Source: an uncultured Actinomyces sp. (GTDB lineage: Bacteria; Actinomycetota; Actinomycetes; S36-B12). From it: DNA of 51,259 nucleotides. Where the stretch lies: assembly GCA_964351035.1 (NCBI GenBank), contig CAYGMM010000001.1:1604-52862 (forward strand). The letters run 5' to 3'. Made by a program: the position numbers and the translations under genes. Below are positions 48,835 to 51,259 of this stretch, one piece after another; position 1 is the stretch's first letter; the number at the start of each line of letters is the position of its first letter. The notes under the pieces are model-generated. The model saw nothing but the letters and a program-made list of their open reading frames with translations. It was not told the DNA's origin and searched no databases.

Positions 48835-49442
48835 GTCGAGCTCTCCTGCGACAGTCGGCCCACCAGGTGGCGCCCCGCCTCCTCGGTGCACGCCTGGTGT
48901 CCGAGGTGGATGGGGAACCGGTCGTCGTTCGCATCACCGAGGTGGAGGCCTATGGCGGCGTGGGTGAGGATCCCGGATCGCACGCCTACCGGGGCCGGTC
49001 CCCGCGCAACGCCACCATGTTCGGCCCGCCGGGCCATGCCTACATCTACTTCACCTACGGCATGCACTGGTGTGCCAATGTCGTGACCGGGCCGGAGGGA
49101 GCGGCTGCCGCGGTACTGCTCCGCGCAGGGGAGATCATCGAGGGGGTCGATACCGCCCGCGGTCGCAGACCCTCTGCACGAGCCGACCGTGACCTAGCGC
49201 GGGGGCCGGCACGGCTTACGGTCGCGCTGGGCCTCACCGGGGAACTCGACGGTGCGGATCTGCTGGATTCGACGTCACCGGTGCGTCTGGAGTTACCGCG
49301 GCGGCCACTGCCGGTTTCGGCAACCACGCCACGCACCGGTGTCGGGGGTGCGGGCGCGAAGACGCCTTGGCGATTCATCACCGATGACCCGACGGTGAGC
49401 CCCTACCGTGCGGCAGCACCGCGGCGCCGTGCGGCAAGATGA
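48831..49442 (+). CDS. mpg: DNA-3-methyladenine glycosylase (Mpg/AAG family)
   Basis: VAPRLLGARL, ITEVEAYGG, DPGSHAYRGRSPRNATMFGPPGHAYIYFTYGMHWCANVV. Confidence 0.88.
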
Positions 49443-49446
49443 ACGC

Positions 49447-50727
49447 GTGAACGCCCTCATCGAAGATCTGCAGTGGCGCGGACTCATCGCGCAGAGCACC
49501 GATATCGACGCCCTCGCCAAGGAACTCGACGAAGGGCCGCTCACGCTCTACGTCGGGTTCGATCCGACGGCACCGAGTCTGCACCTGGGCAATCTGCTGC
49601 AGATCGTCACGATGCGACGCTTCCAGGCGCACGGTCACCTACCGCTGGCCCTAGTGGGCGGCGCGACCGGGCTGATTGGCGACCCAAAGATGACGGGCGA
49701 GCGCACACTCAACCCGGCCGAGGTCGTCGAAGGTTGGGCGATGCGGCTGCGATCCGAGCTCGAGCGGTTCTACGACTTCGACGGGCCTGCTGCCGCGCGC
49801 ATGGTGAACAACCTTGATTGGACCGCCGGCGTTGACGTCATCGCCTTCCTGCGCGACATCGGCAAGCACTTCAGCGTCAACCGGATGCTCGACCGCGAGG
49901 CCGTGGCGGCACGCCTCGCCGCCGAGGGCATTTCCTTCACCGAGTTCAGCTACCAACTCCTGCAGTCGTACGACTACCTCGAGCTCTTCCGTCGCTATGG
50001 CTGCCATCTGCAGACCGGCGGCTCCGATCAGTGGGGCAACATTACCGCTGGCGTCGATCTTGTTCGTCGCGTCGAGGGCGCCCACGTTCACGCGCTCACG
50101 ACGCCGTTGATCACCAAGGCGGACGGCACCAAGTTCGGCAAGACCGAGACCGGGACCGTCTGGCTTGATGCGTCGATGACCAGTCCGTACGCCTTCTTCC
50201 AGTTCTGGCTCAACGCCGATGACCGTGACGTATCGACATTCCTGCGCTTCTACAGCGAGAAGTCGCACGAGGAGATCGAGGCTCTGGAGGCGGCGACGAG
50301 CGAGGCACCACAGAAGCGTGAGGCGCAGCGGGCCCTCGCCCGCGAACTGACGACACTGGTGCACGGTGCCGCCGCGACGGAGGCGGTCGAGGCGGCCGCC
50401 GCGGCGCTGTTCGGCCAGGGCGACCTGGCATCTGTCGACGAGGCAACGCTCGGTGCAGCGCTGGCCGAAGTGCCGCATTGCACGGTGCCGGCGTCGGACA
50501 TTGTCGACGGGCAACTGCCCGACATCGTCGAGTTGCTGACGCGCAGCGGCCTGGCCCAGAGTCGCGGAGCGGCCCGTCGGACCGTGGGGGAGGGTGGCGC
50601 CTACGTGAACAATGAGCGCGTGACAACCGAGGACTTCACCCCCTCCGCGGAACTGCTGCTCGCGGGGCGATACCTCGTGCTACGCCGGGGCCGCAAGACG
50701 CTCGCGGGCGTCATCGTCGAGGGGTGA
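49447..50727 (+). CDS. tyrS: tyrosine-tRNA ligase
   Basis: GFDPTAPSLHLGNL (HIGH), KFGKT (KMSKS), C-terminal S4-like domain. GTG 49447 lies 4 nt after the mpg stop. The ORF-track ATG 49408 overlaps mpg. Confidence 0.93.
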   Translation: MNALIEDLQWRGLIAQSTDIDALAKELDEGPLTLYVGFDPTAPSLHLGNLLQIVTMRRFQAHGHLPLALVGGATGLIGDPKMTGERTLNPAEVVEGWAMRLRSELERFYDFDGPAAARMVNNLDWTAGVDVIAFLRDIGKHFSVNRMLDREAVAARLAAEGISFTEFSYQLLQSYDYLELFRRYGCHLQTGGSDQWGNITAGVDLVRRVEGAHVHALTTPLITKADGTKFGKTETGTVWLDASMTSPYAFFQFWLNADDRDVSTFLRFYSEKSHEEIEALEAATSEAPQKREAQRALARELTTLVHGAAATEAVEAAAAALFGQGDLASVDEATLGAALAEVPHCTVPASDIVDGQLPDIVELLTRSGLAQSRGAARRTVGEGGAYVNNERVTTEDFTPSAELLLAGRYLVLRRGRKTLAGVIVEG

Positions 50728-50758
50728 TGCACGTCACCCTCGAAATGGCCATCTGAAT

Positions 50759-50787
50759 TTGACCTGCCCGTCAAACCGGCGTAATGT
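50759..50787 (+). promoter_or_regulatory. candidate rrn promoter P1: TTGACC-17 nt-TAATGT
   Basis: The hexamers are at 50759-50764 and 50782-50787, in the lower-GC region upstream of the 16S gene. Confidence 0.5.
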
Positions 50788-50920
50788 TGTACTTCCTCGC
50801 ACGGAGAACCCGGACGATCGTCACCGCCCGCAGGGTGGGTCTGACGAGAAGGCTGGACCGGAGAGGCGCCACGACTCCCAGTCGATCAGACTCAGGTCGA
50901 AACTGCTCGAAAGAGCGGAT

Positions 50921-50950
50921 TTGACCCGGACCGATCTGTGCCGGTAGCGT
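50921..50950 (+). promoter_or_regulatory. candidate rrn promoter P2: TTGACC-18 nt-TAGCGT
   Basis: The hexamers are at 50921-50926 and 50945-50950. The conserved leader motif cttgagaactcaacagtgtgcc follows at about 51008-51030. Confidence 0.45.
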
Positions 50951-51173
50951 GACGGAGTTGCCCCGGGAACGGCCCGCACTGCGGGAACGCCCGACGCGCA
51001 ACCGCTCCTTGAGAACTCAACAGTGTGCCACATATCGATGCCAAATAACCCCGTTACCGGGGCGTGCCTTCGGGCCGACTCGGAACGGTTCCTTTGGTTG
51101 ACAGAAGCATTCAGCTCTGTCCGCCATGATCACTCACGTTGAGTGATGGCGCTTTCGGGCGCAATCAACATTC

Positions 51174-51259
51174 CTTAACGGAGAGTTTGATCCTGGCTCA
51201 GGACGAACGCTGGCGGCGTGCTTAACACATGCAAGTCGAACGGTGAAAGCGGAGCTTGC
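51174..51259 (+). rRNA. rrs: 16S ribosomal RNA, 5' end only (continues beyond window)
   Basis: The universal 5' sequence agagtttgatcctggctcaggacgaacgctggcggcgtgcttaacacatgcaagtcgaacgg starts at 51182. The mature 5' end is estimated a few nt upstream. Confidence 0.95.

Overview
High-GC actinobacterial core chromosome. About 50 genes, all on the + strand except three, lie in long operons with 1-8 nt stop/start overlaps. As I recall mycobacterial and Streptomyces maps, the order matches: gltD(partial)-pyk; pyrR-pyrB-pyrC-(membrane protein)-carA-carB-pyrK-pyrD-pyrF-(mIHF::gmk); rpoZ-coaBC; SAM-IV riboswitch-metK; priA; def-fmt-rsmB; rpe-ribD-ribE-ribBA-ribH-hisE-hisG; infC-rpmI-rplT-trmH; pheS-pheT; argC-J-B-D-R-H; vanZ-like-mpg-tyrS; then rrn promoters and the first ~85 nt of 16S rRNA. 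I saw no tRNA, CRISPR, transposase or integrase. Two accessory blocks interrupt this synteny. (1) 33.7-38.5 kb holds two tandem paralogs of unknown function (conserved HLDD...WHxVWH...R, cupin/2OG-oxygenase-like by eye) followed by cysD and cysN::cysC (PAPS synthesis). It sits between trmH and pheS, and pheS starts on the base after the cysNC stop. This is my best candidate for an undescribed system. (2) 17.3-20.0 kb, on the minus strand between metK and priA, holds a processive family-2 glycosyltransferase (TED, QRxRW) whose stop overlaps the start of a polytopic protein with a degenerate GGDEF domain (TAGAF). Other points: a family of long palindromic repeats (core GGGA[AC]A[AG]ATGGTCG / CGACC[AG]TTTCYCCC) sits just after five operon-terminal stop codons. 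A perfect 3 x 34 bp tandem duplication covers the metK 3' end. mIHF and guanylate kinase are fused in frame. coaBC has no canonical start codon, and infC starts at ATC. The RibB half of RibBA has lost its catalytic motifs, and PriA has no Walker A motif. The arg cluster lacks argF and argG. All functional calls come from motif recognition by eye and recalled family knowledge; no searches were run.
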